From assembly GCA_013265495.1 (NCBI GenBank), contig MU063252.1, positions 930,001 to 994,000 of the forward strand: 64,000 bases of DNA, given 5' to 3'. Shown here one piece after another: positions 22,366-35,235 of the stretch; within the stretch, counting starts at the first letter, position 1, and every line of letters begins with the position of its first letter. A model generated the notes under the pieces. The model had not been told where the DNA came from. It searched no databases and saw only the letters and a list, made by a program, of their open reading frames with translations. Origin of the DNA: Vicugna vicugna. Its lineage: Eukaryota. The position numbers and the translations under genes are program-made.

Positions 22366-25300
22366 TGAGAGCAGGGGATTTTGCTTTGGAACCCACTGTC
22401 TTTGAGGTTACAGAGCTGGCTCTTTCTGGTCCCTAAGGCTTTTTCCAGCCTGGTTTAAAATCTTGGGACTTGGCATAGAGGGAATAAAATGCATTACACG
22501 TTCACTTGCAAAGCGCAGCCACATGCAGGAGAACCCCTGCAGAAGTCACATTTCCTAAGGTTCAGTGGGAAACCCGCTTCATCAAGTGATTTTCTGGGTT
22601 TGGGGTGGCGTCGCGGAGGAGGGGCGAGGGGAGGGTTTTGATTCGACATTTCACGGAGGCTATAACCTGCAAGCTAAACTGTAGCAAAGAGGCCAAATAA
22701 ACGATCCTAGGATTCTGAGGTCCACTTGTTGCTTTTGGAGATGGCCTCTTTATAGCTGATGGCGAACCACCTCCCTCCCCGCACCTCCATCCCCCACCCT
22801 CAGACCTGCTCCTTTAACCCCTCCTGCCTGCCAAAATGCATAAAATAAAAATTGGCCACCCTGTTTTCAAAAAGCAGGCTCAGACCCATGTGTCATCTCT
22901 GGTCACTTCTGCAATGTTATTCACCGCATGTCCTAAGCTTGTGCAATTTATGGACAGCAGCACTCGTTAGTGGCTACCTCTTTGGACCTGGGGCAAGTGT
23001 TAAGAGAAAAATCCTCCGTGTTCCCCTCCAGGGAACACTTGTGGGGGGTTTGCCTCATGCAGGAGCGCCCCCTGCTGCCCATGTTGGGGCACTGTAGACA
23101 CATAAGACGATGACAAGTGTCCCAGATACCCCTGCTTACTGGGTCCATTTCTCCAGTGACTTTTCTCCTCTGTGTTTTTGAAGTTTTCACCTTGGGAAAA
23201 GTCTCTCTAGAAAGGCCACACTTGAATGTAAGATGCCAATATTACTTTCAATCCTGACAGCACACAGCACATTTTAGAGGATTGTATTATGGTGCGGTCC
23301 TGCCTAGAAATGGAATGCACTATTAAAGAAGAGGGTGTCGTGTGTAAAGTTTTATGCAAAGCAGTTGTTAGCCTGCCATCAGGACTTGAAAGTTAGGACA
23401 TTTATTAATTCACTCAAGAGAGCCAAATACTGGGTTGTGGACATGCTCTCAGCACTTCACAAACTTTCATCATCCCAGAATTCAAATACAGAGGAAGCTC
23501 AAATAACCAGCCCAGCCTGTTATAAAATGTCCAAAGATAGGTGATCATCTCGAGGTACCACGAGCTTATGAAACATCTTATAGCTACTCCAGAGGACGTT
23601 CATCTATTTCAGTTATGTTTATAAATGACATCTATCTTATGTTTTAATTATTGGGAAAGTTTTTTGTGATATAGGCTATAAACAGCCTCAAGACACTATT
23701 GGATGACTCAGAACCACGGATTTCCCACACATTTTGAGACTCCTGTGTAGATACAGAATATTTCTCTCCTGGGAAACTATTTAACTTCTCAGATATGCAA
23801 ATATTCACTTCTGTGGGATTTTGGAGGTTTTTTTTTTTTTGGTCAGTTTATAGTTTGAATTTTATCATAAAAATGCAAAATGTCCTAATGTGGGTACCTG
23901 CTAAGTCCCAGGTAGTTGAGTAAATTGTTTTGCTAAAAACAGTGATATGGAAATCAGGTGTGGTTCTGTGTGGCCTCTCATTTGAATTTTGATTTATTTA
24001 TGCTTTTTCTTCTGCTACATTTTATTTTGTCGCCTTCCTCTTCAGAGTGTCATGAAAATGGGATTTTATGGCAAAATTAAGAAATATTTAGAATCTAAGG
24101 AGACAATGAGATGATTAGAAGTTGCTGCAATAGAACTTAGATGTGTAGGTTAGCTTAGAACTTAGACCTATTATATCCCAAAATGGCTTAGAGTAGCAGT
24201 GCTTTTTTTTTCTTCTTCTTCTTAAGTTTTGTTCATTTTTCACTGGCATGCAGCATTTTGGAGAGGTATCAGAGCTGGACACAATGCCAAGACTTGCTAG
24301 TCAAAATATAGACCCAGCTAAGGCAAGGTGTTATCTCTTAAGGCTATTTACTGTTGCAGAAAAATCATGGGATGTTGAAAGTGCAAAAAACAAATGTCAG
24401 GTTGTAAATAGGCCAGGACTGCAGCATTAATGATTAGAACCAAGTGTTAAAATTCCATGCTAGGTCCCCTTCTTAGCCTGCTGCTAACACACGTGGATTT
24501 GTCCAGACACAGCTTTACTTGTTGAAAAATTTAGCACTTTTATGATTAACAACCATAGTGCTTTTAAATTAATCCTTCAAAGAAAAATTTTGTGATATAC
24601 GCCATTTTTAAAGTGTATTTATTTGGTGTGAAGCAACAGATGGGAAGTTCCATCACTGGTGTGCTAATAAAAGAAGATGTCTGTGGCATTTTGCCCACTG
24701 TCGACAGGTCTAAATTGGTTGGGGTCTTTCTATTAGATTCAGTTGTGAAACAATCGTTGATTGATTATTTAAGTGAAACCTCAAAATTGATTAACACACA
24801 TGCTTCTGCCTTCGTATCCTTTGTGGCCTGCAGCCTCTGGCAGTTGTAGCTTGCTTGCTTTTATAGTAGCCAGTCTTCCTTTGATGAACGGTAGGCATTA
24901 GGCCATTTAGGTTGTCATTGAGTCATTGGTACCGAAAGGAAGAAAGGCCCATGTCAATGCTGTGCTCCTGGTAAATGACAATAATAGAATTGAATCCTAG
25001 TTCTGCTTCTGCTGCTCAGTCAACCTGAGGGAATGCACAGTCTGAGGGGGCTTGATGTCCTTGCCTGTTAAGAGGGAGTAGTAATCCCATTTCGTGTATC
25101 TCAGGTGGCTACCAGAATTAATAAAGTGATGCAGGTGGAAGTATTGGTGTTCCATCAATGCAGCGTATGTAAAGGACTGGCTGTCACTAAGGAGACCCAG
25201 TGTCCATTCTAAGCCGCTGCCCTGAGCATTCTGGGGTCAGTAGCTTCCATTACATGACCTCAGTTTCCTTATGTTTGAAATGGGAGGGACATGCCAAATT

Positions 25301-26148
25301 CACTTCCATCTCAAAGTTACACATGTCTCTGGTTTGGTTTGTGATGATAGCTCTATTGGGTCCAAAGAAATTCCAGGAAAACTTGGAAATTCAACATAAG
25401 TGTAAGAAAAATGCGGAATTCCTCAATGGCATGCAGTTACATGATCTTAGGAAGGTGGTGATGGTCTCTAACTGAGCCATGTGACTCAGGTGACTGCTGG
25501 CCTCATGGAAGATCTTTGGAAGAACATGATCTCAATTAGAATGTTCCTGAGCAGAAAGCTTGGCTGTAGAGCGAAGCATTTTTAGATGTCTTGGTTAAAT
25601 TGGCAGGAATCTTTTTGTTAAGATTCTTTGATGAAAAGTGCATTTTAAGATCCAAAATTGGCTCTTGAGGATTATGGACTGAAATAACTTTCTCTTCGTT
25701 TAAAGATTTCTCTTCATTTAAAGTTGTTTCTTCTTGAAACAACACATTTGCCAACCAACGAGTGAAGCAATATTTCACTTTGGAGGAAAGAGTTCTAGTA
25801 AACACATACACAAATTACCTTCTTATGGAATGGCGAAGGGAGAAAAGGGCTGCCTTTTTTTTTTTTTAACCAGATGTTTTCTTGCATCACCAGCTGCACA
25901 GTTGAAAATTCAATTCGACACAAATATTGTTTAGCAGCTACTATGATCCAGCCATGTGTTAGGCCTTAGGGACAGAGCAGTGAGCAAGACTGATTTGTCT
26001 CCTGACCTTGGGAAACTTAATACCTAGGTGTTTGCTGTTGTTAACTCTACTTTAGTTAGAGTTAACTACTAGGGCCCTAGTATACTTATTTTTTAATATG
26101 AATTTTGTTTCACACTGAGATTCTTTTTCTATTTTTAAACATTGTTTT

Positions 26149-26277
26149 GTGGGGGAGAGGAGGTAGTCAGGTCTATCTGTCTATCTATCTATTTTAATGG
26201 AGGTGCTGGGATTGAACCCAGGACCTCGTGCATGCTAAGCATGCGCTCTACCACTGCTGTACACCCCCCCCCCACTT
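26149..26277 (-). mobile_element. tRNA-Ala(AGC)-derived SINE (camelid vic-1-like), copy 1
   Basis: Minus strand reads ggtgtacagcagtggtagagcgcatgcttagcatgcacgaggtcctgggttcaatcccagcacctcca-ttaaaatagatagat...acctgactacctcc. Target-site duplication acattgtttt at 26139-26148 and 26278-26287. Confidence 0.88.
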
Positions 26278-26639
26278 ACATTGTTTTTATGTTTAACATA
26301 ACTATTTACTCTAAAACTTTTTCTGAGCAGCCGGTTGAGTACTTAGTGATCTGTATCTCTTTTGTCGCTTGTTGGCTTCACCATTCATTTGTGGTTTGAT
26401 ATTTCACATTGCCTGATATGTTCCATATTCTGTCTTCCTAATTCATGTGTACAAAATACATGCAGACAAGGTTATAGTCTCTCTCTCTCTCTCTGTGTGG
26501 TTTTGCTCTGTACACAGTGGTTGGTGGGATGTTTGACTCCTGGTGAATGCCACAGATACTGGGTGAACTCTTCATTTTCAGAGCAGTCATTTATTATTAT
26601 TCACGAATCATGGTACCATCTATGTGGAAAAACAGAGCA

Positions 26640-28255
26640 TAGGAACTCTTTAGGTTACTATTTGGATCAACCAATGTAGAAAGAATCACAGTGTAGGGAT
26701 ATTAAGTCCTTTGAAATCAGAAATACACAGGGCGCATTGGGAATACAGAGTCCTGAGATATTATGTAGAAGTTACTAGGTGGAGATGGGGGTTAGAGGTC
26801 TGTGGATAAATATTCCAAGCAGGGGGAAAAAAAAACAGAATTACGTGGGATTAGGGATTTGCAATGTGACTTTAAACGGCTGGCTTTGGGAGTGAGCGTG
26901 AGGAGGTGGTTAAGAATTGATATTGAGATCACAGGTGGCGATCAGATGACAGAGACCATTTTTGTAGCCTGCTGAAGTTTAAATTTTGCTCCAAGGGCTG
27001 TGGGGTCCCATGGAAGGATGTCCACAGAGGAATTGCTTGAACAGATTCCACTTCTGGAAGATGCTTTTCAAGTATGGAGGGTTAGCGAGACCTCAGGTTG
27101 AGAGATGAGATGGAAATCCACTGTAAAAGTCCAGAAAGAACTACGAACAGAGGCAGGGATGTAAAGGAGAGGATGCAAAATCAGGGCATGTACAAGGCAG
27201 AAGCGACAGAACTTGATGAATCCTAAGTTTCTGATGGTACCCTTTATTGATACGGATGGAGAACACTGAAAGGGCAGCCAGGTTGGGAGTGGGGCGGGGA
27301 GTGAGGTGTGTGAGCAAATAGTTCACTTTGGAGAACATTGACTTTTCTCCACACATGGACTCTCTGGATGGAGACTGGAAAATATAGGTCTAGAGCCAGG
27401 TAAGAAGTCATGACTAGAGAGATGAACTTGGACACTGTCAGCATGTACGTGGTACTTACAACTGTATGAGTGGATACAATTAATTATGTAGATTTCGGGG
27501 GGGTAGTAATTAGGTTTATTCACTTATTTTTAGAGGAGGTACTGGGGATTGAACTCAGGGCCTCGTGCATGCTAAGCATGCACTCTGCCACTTGAGCTAT
27601 ACCCTCCCCCAGAATGGATACAATTAAAAAGGGAAAGTGAGACGGCAGCTGAGAACGGAGACCTGGTGAGCACTGTAATTTAAGTGGTGGAACGTGGAAC
27701 AGGAGCCCGCAAAGGAGATTAATTAAGCAGCTGAGCGGCAGTCAGGGAGTGCAGAGGAGAGCCTGCAGATAATGTCTTTGAAGCTGAGGCACAGGAGAGT
27801 TTATAAAGGAAGGAAGTGGTCAGCTGCCTCACATGCCACAGCAATCCACTGAAGTACGTTCTGGAACCTGTCTCCCACGTGTGGTAACAGGGGCGCATTG
27901 GTAAACGCAGCAAGACGAGTTTCAGTGGTTGAAGACAGCTCTTTTGAAAAGTGTGGATCTGGAGTGAAGTGGGGAGAGGGCAGTGGCTCCAAGCGGTCAT
28001 ATAGCATTTAGAGAAGTTTCCCTTAGAAGGGAGCAGGTTGCAGATACAAAGCCGGAGGTAAGGTGGGGTGGGGTGGGGTGGGATGGGGAGGATGGTGAAG
28101 CGGGTGTGAACACTCACTGACCCAGGCTTAGTTCCCAATAAACTATGCCTGGAAGCTGTCCTACCCGCTTTTAGCAAGCGGTTATGTTGTCTCCTTCCCT
28201 GTCTCCTCCCCCTGTCCTCCTCTTGTACAGTGCCCAACATTTTCCACAATCGTAA
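26640..28255 (-). mobile_element. L2 LINE segment, split by SINE copy 2
   Basis: Purine-rich L2 motifs such as gggattagggatttgcaatgtgacttt, gagatgagatggaaatcc, ggactctctggatggagactggaaaatatagg and gcagcaatccactgaag. Confidence 0.65.
27484..27611 (-). mobile_element. tRNA-Ala(AGC)-derived SINE, copy 2
   Basis: Minus strand reads gggggagggtatagctcaagtggcagagtgcatgcttagcatgcacgaggccctgagttcaatccccagtacctcc...aataaacctaattact. 16-bp TSD with one mismatch: gagtggatacaattaa (27468-27483) and gaatggatacaattaa (27612-27627). Confidence 0.9.
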
Positions 28256-28289
28256 CACTAATCTAAAACGTAATCCCAGTTACTGCTCC

Positions 28290-28490
28290 TTGAGCCCTTG
28301 ACTTGGGTAGGTACTGTACTGATGTACATTGTCTCATCCAATCCTCCTGTTAAAACAGTGATATGGCTGCTACCCACCTGTTTACAAAACAGAAACTGAG
28401 GCCCAGAGAGTTTAAGTGATTTAAAGTCACACAGCTAGCAAATGACTGACTTCACATCCCTCGGTCTCAGCCATCTGGTTATACTGCCCT
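28290..28490 (-). mobile_element. MIR SINE
   Basis: tttacaaaacagaaactgaggcccagagagtttaagtgatttaaagtcacacagctag. Confidence 0.8.
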
Positions 28491-29609
28491 TTTAGATGTA
28501 GCAAGTCCTCGTTTTTAAAAATCATTTTTATTCCTTAGGATTCTGCTCTGTTATTTGTTTTTATTTTTATTTTTGGAAACAGTGGGTGGATCAGATCAAC
28601 TCATTCTCTAAAAGATGTTACTGTTACTCCTCACTCTACCTTGAAAAAATATTCTAATTTCAGGAACATGGTTTTTTTTTTCAAATAAGTGCTTTATTTA
28701 ATGTGTGTAGAATGTAAGATGTGGTTTCTATCCTTGAGAAATTTATACTTTATATTACATCTGTTGAGCACAGTTTAAACCTAGCAATAAAGGAAGACTT
28801 ATTTAAGATCTTGAAGAGTTGAGGATGTTCCTTGTATCATAATTTCTTTCATTATGAATGGTGTTGTTACGTTGTCTAAAAATTTTTCTGTTGCTCTAGC
28901 AGAATGTCATAGAACCATTAAGGCCAATAATTGTCACAAAACGTGGGCTGATGAAGTTCAGGAGCTGTAAACCGTGTCAATGGTTTTGGGCTATGGGTGG
29001 ACACTTTGTGAAACGACCCTTTCCCTTTTCCTGTCTTTTATTTTTAAGACCTCATTTTCAATTGAATTTTTTTTTCCAATTGAGAATGCACTTTTGTGAT
29101 TTCTGATAAACCACTCCTGCAAAGAATTCTTTTAAAGGTGGTTGAGTGTTGTTTCTTCTCTTCCCAGATCTTCACTCCCTCTACTCCGCACAGTATAAAT
29201 GTGGTTCGTTATAAAGATTACATCTCAATAATTACTTATTCATCTGTGTCTAAACAGTGGCGCCACATGATATGGGCAGTGTATGAATCTGTTTCTCTTG
29301 GTTAACTCTTAGGGCAGATCCTTTGCTGTTGCTTTGTAGGACTCTGAACAATGCAAGCTTGACTGTGGCGTGAAATAAAGGTCTGACTGTGCACTTCCCC
29401 TGCAAGAGAAGGAAAGGGAGTGAGATCACTCAAGTTTCATATTTTAGAAGTACCTGAAAGTGTGCTTTAGCGTTTTCACTCCCACCTCATGGTTGAATGC
29501 CCTTGGGAATTTCTATAAGAATGTAAATCAGAGAAAGTGTTTTTCTTAACGTTGTGGTGGGGAGTACTGACTCATTTCTGGGTGGGGCACTGGCTTGTTC
29601 TGTGATCGT

Positions 29610-29808
29610 GCATTGGTGATCGGTGCTCTTGGCATTTGGGGCCAGAGAATTCTTTGCTGTCATGTGCATTGCAGGACGTTTAGCAGCATCCCTGGCCTCC
29701 ACCTACTGTATGCCAGAGGTACCCCCGCAGTTGTGAAACCCAAAACTGCCTCCAGAAATTGGCAAAAAAGCCCTGGGGGTTGAACGTGTCCCCAGCTGAG
29801 AACCCTTG
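29610..29808. mobile_element. MER20 (hAT-Charlie)
   Basis: tgcattgcaggacgtttagcagcatccctggcctccacctactgtatgccag...cagttgtgaaacccaaaactgcctccaga...gctgagaaccc. Confidence 0.88.
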
Positions 29809-31389
29809 ATGATGCAGAGAATGGTGATGTGCTTTTGTCTCCAGGCAACTTGAGAAAAGAAGATTTTCTCATGGAGTAATGGATTTTGTGCTTAATCACC
29901 ATTTTCATTTATGTTTGGTGGTGCATGGTGACAAAACCAATTTAAAAATACCAACAAACATCAGAGGCAAAAGTTATCCACATCCCCATCACATCATTAC
30001 AACTGTGTTTTAGTTTGCCTATGTTGCCTCCTAGTTCTTATCTGTTTGCTTACCTATTCTTCACCCATTGTACTTTGTCATTTTGCAGAGAGAATGTTGT
30101 AGTCTGCATTTTCACTCAACAGACCGTCAGTATTTTTATAGTTTAATGCTTTCTTAAAAAGAATACACACCTCTTCTGCTACCAGGGTAAACTGGTGCGT
30201 GTTTTTCTATGCCTGTTGGTGATCTTATAAACATGAGTATGCTGGCACTTTGGTTTACTCATTTTTTTTCAAAAGGGAATTTTAAAATATATTTTAGAGA
30301 TTATTAGTCATAATTTTAGCTTTAGACTGTTTGAAAATAAACATTTATTTTTACTTATGCACTATTAACAGTAGAAGTCATATATAAGGTAGATAACTGG
30401 GTTTCAATAGCATATAAATGGAAACTATTAAAACTTTGCATATCAATTTGACTCATATTTACACAGCTGCTTTTCACTCTGTTTCTATCTTGATATTACT
30501 CAGTTTTTCCAAAATCAACTTACATTTTTGGATGACATAAAAATACTTCGAAATGGACAGTTAAAAGAGGAATAAAAAAGTAGAAAGTTATGAGTTTTTA
30601 AAAGGTACAAACACAAATTCTATGTGTTGCTTCCAGTTGTGCATTTTATTTACAAAATACATATTTTATTAAACAAGGAGAGATGTGGGCTTATATTATT
30701 CTGTCCCTATTTATGTGGAGAAATATGGACGTGTCTTTAATCCACTGATCCTTGCTGGTGCTCATTTTGTAAACATTCTAGTGGCATTTTTATTGCCAAG
30801 TCTCATTTTCCTTGCTCTGTCGTTTGGCACCTACTGCCCGCTTACCTGCCAAGAGGTCTTAACTTAGAAGTAATTGTTCAGTCAATTGAAGATGAAATAA
30901 CTTTTTTCCTTACACCAGAGCAACAATTAATGAAGTTTTTAAGGTGAAATCTGCATGTATCTTAGAAAAGGGATCCACGAATAATCTGTGGAAAAATATC
31001 AGAGATTTTGAGGTGTGTGAACGCAGGGACAGTGTCCGTCTGCGTCCCCAGTGCCTCGCACACGCCCGACAGTTAGTAGGAGCTCCACAGATACGGGGCG
31101 AATGGAGTTGTCGGAGGGGCAGTGGAAGGACTGCCCTGCGTCAGGCTCCCAGGAAGAATTTATTCCAGGCTGCTTCACCGGCACCACGCCAGCAAGGCTG
31201 TTTTGTGGAAGGGCATGAAATGGTTCTTCCACTGGACCTAAGACTCACTCTCAAGTTGAGCAAGATTAATCTTAATTGCCTGAAGGGGGAGGTGAGGGCT
31301 GAGGGTGAGAAGAGTGTCCCAGATGGTGTGAGGAGAGGCTGGTGTATCTTTGTGGTGGAAGAATCAAAATAAAAGGTGGAGATCTAAGT

Positions 31390-31712
31390 TTTTACAGTGG
31401 TCCTCAGACTTTACTGTGCAGCAGAATCCTCAGGGTCTTATATTCATGTTAGTATTTGAAGGACCTATGACCAGAGTCTGATTCAGTAAGTCTGGGATGG
31501 AGTTCAGAAATCTGCTTGTTTAAAAGCTCTGTATTCCATTTTTTTTAAAAAGGGGGAAAGGGGAGGATAATATAGCTCAGTGGTAAAGCACATGCTTATT
31601 AGCAGGGAGGAGAGCCTGTGTTCAATCCCCAGGACCTCCATTAAAAAATTAAAATAAATAAAAGCTGTCTATTTGACTGATACAGGTACTATCTGGGGGC
31701 CACTGTTTGAGG
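31390..31712. mobile_element. MER5A-type element interrupted by SINE copy 3
   Basis: cagtggtcctcagactttactgtgcagcagaatc...tctgattcagtaagtctgggatggagttcagaaatctgcttgtttaaaagctc ... gggccactgtttgagg. Confidence 0.7.
31552..31658 (+). mobile_element. tRNA-Ala-derived SINE, copy 3 (more diverged)
   Basis: ggggaggataatatagctcagtggtaaagcacatgcttattagcagggaggagagcctgtgttcaatccccaggacctccattaaaaaattaaaataaat. Confidence 0.85.
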
Positions 31713-34700
31713 AATATTGGTTTTATCGTGAAAGTGGAAGCTAATACAATCACTAATCAAGGAATCTGACCACAGACTGTCCTCTAGTATTAATATGGGT
31801 TTTGGGGACAATAAAGATCCAAGTGGTCAGAGTAGGTGGGATTTGGAGAAGACCTCACGGAAGAGGGAGAGTTGGATTAAGCAAGAAGGATCCGTGCTAC
31901 ACGAATGGATGGAAGATAAGAACAGTCCTGTGGGAGAGTCAGTGGGGGTGGAGACAGTACGGAGAAAGGCATTGCATATTGGCGACAATAATACTGCAAA
32001 AATCAAAATTCAGACCGGCAGACAATATTTCACTTTAATGTTCACCAAAATCCAGTGACCTAGGTCACCATATTTTTTTATCCTGTTTTAAAATGTAGAA
32101 AGAAGGACGAGAGGGATTGTATGATTTCTAAGAGTGCATGGCTCATATAACTGGGTAGGCACGGCAGGGTGCCTAGTAGGGCAGGACTGTGTCTGGTGGA
32201 GCTGAGTTGCATAAGACCTTGACAGCTGGGCAGAGGAGATGCTGCAGTGTCTTGAGTAGGAGCTATGACGTGATGAGAGAGTCTTAAGCACCTTCACAAA
32301 AAACCAAGGCAGGGGGCGCTTACTAAGGGTAAGTGTGAGAGAGTTGAAAAACATCCATCCAGGTTGGATTTTTATGTTGATAAAATACCCTTTGGATCCT
32401 CCACACTGATTTTTTTTTTTGACACAAATGATGAAAATAATCATAAATCTGTATTAAAAAGGTTGTGAAATGGGGGGAGGGATGAGCACCTAGGGCAGTG
32501 TTTGATGCTAAGAATAAGTAATACTTGCATTGGTTATTTAGTTTTAAGATACCTGAAGAGATCAGAAATACTGATATTTTAATATATATATTTTAGGATA
32601 AATATGATATGAGTATTCCTTCCTGTTTAGGAAGATAGCTATTTGTTTCGTGGTTCTAGTAGTAAGGTACACTTAACGTGTAGGAAGAATGCCACTGAAA
32701 TAGCTTCCTACAAATTATTTACGGCTGCCTAATTATAATTCTTGAAGTATATGCTTAAATTTAAGGTCTCAGTGATTAAACGTCTTGATGTTGCTCTTCT
32801 ACATATGGATCAGTAACTTAGTGCCTAATTGGTTCAAGACCATTGAATCAGAATTTAAAAAAAAAATGTTTATCTGCTGACTTTCACATGTCTCTCTTTT
32901 GATTAAATAAGTCATATCTAAAAGTCACTTTTTACTCTGCTATTTTACTATTTTAGGTTGAAATGATGGTTGCACCATGAGAGTTGAACCTCACACTACT
33001 TGACTTGCTCAGTAAATGAGTATCTGTTTATTTATGGTCCAATATGTAATATTTGTTATAAAACATACCCCAAATTAGAGATTTAAAGAATATTTGATAA
33101 AAATATATATAAAGTTATAATTTTTTATCTCATACTTAAACCTTGATCCCGTGAACATGAGAATATAGTGAATAATAATGGAAAATTAAAGCCTGTTCTG
33201 TTCTGCATTTTATTTTGTTAATGGGAAATATTGGATGGTAGGGCTTGTAATATAGATAATTCAAAGGTAACTGTTGCCCCGTTTATTCCTACCTTGTAAC
33301 GTCTAAAGCATCAACATGGGAAAAATAACTTTTTCTGGAGTGTGCCACTCATCCCTTCCAGGAGGGAGCATTTGTTTTAAAATAATTACTGAATCTTCCC
33401 GCTTCCTAGGGCTACAAATTAACTGAATTGACCAAGGACTCTATAAACAGCTGGCTTTAAAAAAATATGTATACAAAGATCATCTTTAAATATTGTTCAT
33501 TTTTGTGAGAGTGTTGACATCTTACTGACTATAAATCTTTCAAAAAAATTTTAAATATTCATCTTAAATGATTTATAGACCATTTTAAAGAATATCATAA
33601 AATAAGCAGAAATGTTAAAAAAGTTTTAGATATAAGTGAGTAGGGGCCTTGCAAAATCAAATTACCATTCTGTGTTTTAGGCTGTTATTGAAGCCAGGGT
33701 ACTCTAAAAAATGAAATTTAGGTACCTTTTCTGTTTGTTTTCTTTGACCTACGGACAAAGAAATTTCAAGACTTATTTTGTAAATACTTATTTCTGGTTT
33801 TTATTTTTTCCAAATGAGTGTTTGAGTTAATAGACTGAACACTCTTGAAGTGTTCTCTGATCAGTCAGCTGTGTGAACCGTTCCTCTGGCAAGCACTGTT
33901 TAGCCAACACTTTCTTTCGACATTGATGGGGCTGATCTGCTAGGCTGTGTAAATTTTCATCTGGCTTCTGTGTTGGAAGAATGCTCATAAGTGTTTACTT
34001 GAATCACAGCAGTATGCCTCTGTGGCAAACGATTTTTCTAACAGAATTCATTAGAGAATGATACCTTTGTTATTCTGAAAGTCCTGATATTTTAAGTACT
34101 TGCCAAGTTTACAGATGAAAAGATCTGTAGAATTACAAACAACATAGAAAACAAAAAAATTATTTCCTTTGGACTTATTAGTTGCTTTATTTTAGACTTT
34201 AGGTTTTGGAGGCCAATTTTCTATCTATTTAATGAGCCGGTTTTGAGAACAGCATTTTAAAATGGCTTTATCTTGTTATTTTTCCAAACTGACTGTGATC
34301 ATCATCATCACGGAGACCATTTAGGTGGAAATTTGTTGTAATGGAACTTTCTTTACTTAGGATGCTTTAGTCGAAGTGGCAAAGGTTATAAATGTGCTCT
34401 GGTTGTAAAATCCCCAGATTTGGATAAAATACCTCCTAAGTGTTTATGTTCTCATTAAAAAAAAAAACCCACAATTCTAGAGCTCTGGGTTTCCCGTTCT
34501 GTTGTTTCAGTGCATAGTGCCACCATGGCAGGAGCACAACCCGGTGAAATTAAATGCTGCTTGCGCTGCTGGGCTTTAAAGAGAGAAAGAAAAACAAAGT
34601 GAGACCCAGAGAGGGAGATGGAAAGAGAGATAAGACATAGGAGGTTCCTGCCCTTGAGGAGGTTGTAATGTGTGTCTTCAGTAGTTGGGAAATAGCAGAA

Positions 34701-35039
34701 AGCCTTTTTTTTTTTTAATAAAGTATCTGGGTTTTTTGGTTTTTGTTTAGTATAAATGAATATCATATAAAATATGCAAAAAGGATTTGCTGTATGAGAC
34801 TGTGTATATAGTCAGGGACTGTCCTTTTGAATTTATATGAATGGAATCAACAATATCAAAGCGCATGTGGATTCTCTTTGTTCTTTTAAGCATTTGATAG
34901 TTTGTAAACAAATACTTTTAAAAAGGTCAGTGGAAAACAGGATTTGAAAAATTGCATTGCACCTTTGACATGTAACTGGGGTGTACTTTATTATGATTAA
35001 TGACACTGCTAAGAATCACTACCATTTATTGAGATATTT

Positions 35040-35235
35040 TTATGAAATGAAATGGAATTTTTCAATGACTTACCATTTACTTCTCTAAAGCCTTGATGAA
35101 ATAAGGTGTATTACCACATTTTACAGATGGGTAAACTGAGGGTTAGAAGATTTATGTTAGAACTGAGACAATACAGCCCTCCTTTATTTTATAGCAAGGA
35201 AGTGCTGGAACTGGAATTAGAGTCCAGTCTGTCTC
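35040..35235 (-). mobile_element. MIR SINE
   Basis: ccacattttacagatgggtaaactgagggttagaag...ctggaattagagtccagtctgtct. Confidence 0.75.

Noticed and set aside
27719-28258. 179-aa minus-strand ORF
   Set aside because: Lies in an L2 remnant with no protein motif; a chance open frame.
26198-31640. tRNA-Ala(AGC)-like sequences as true tRNA genes
   Set aside because: Each has a SINE tail, acceptor-stem or arm mutations, and a clear TSD in two cases; they are SINE heads.
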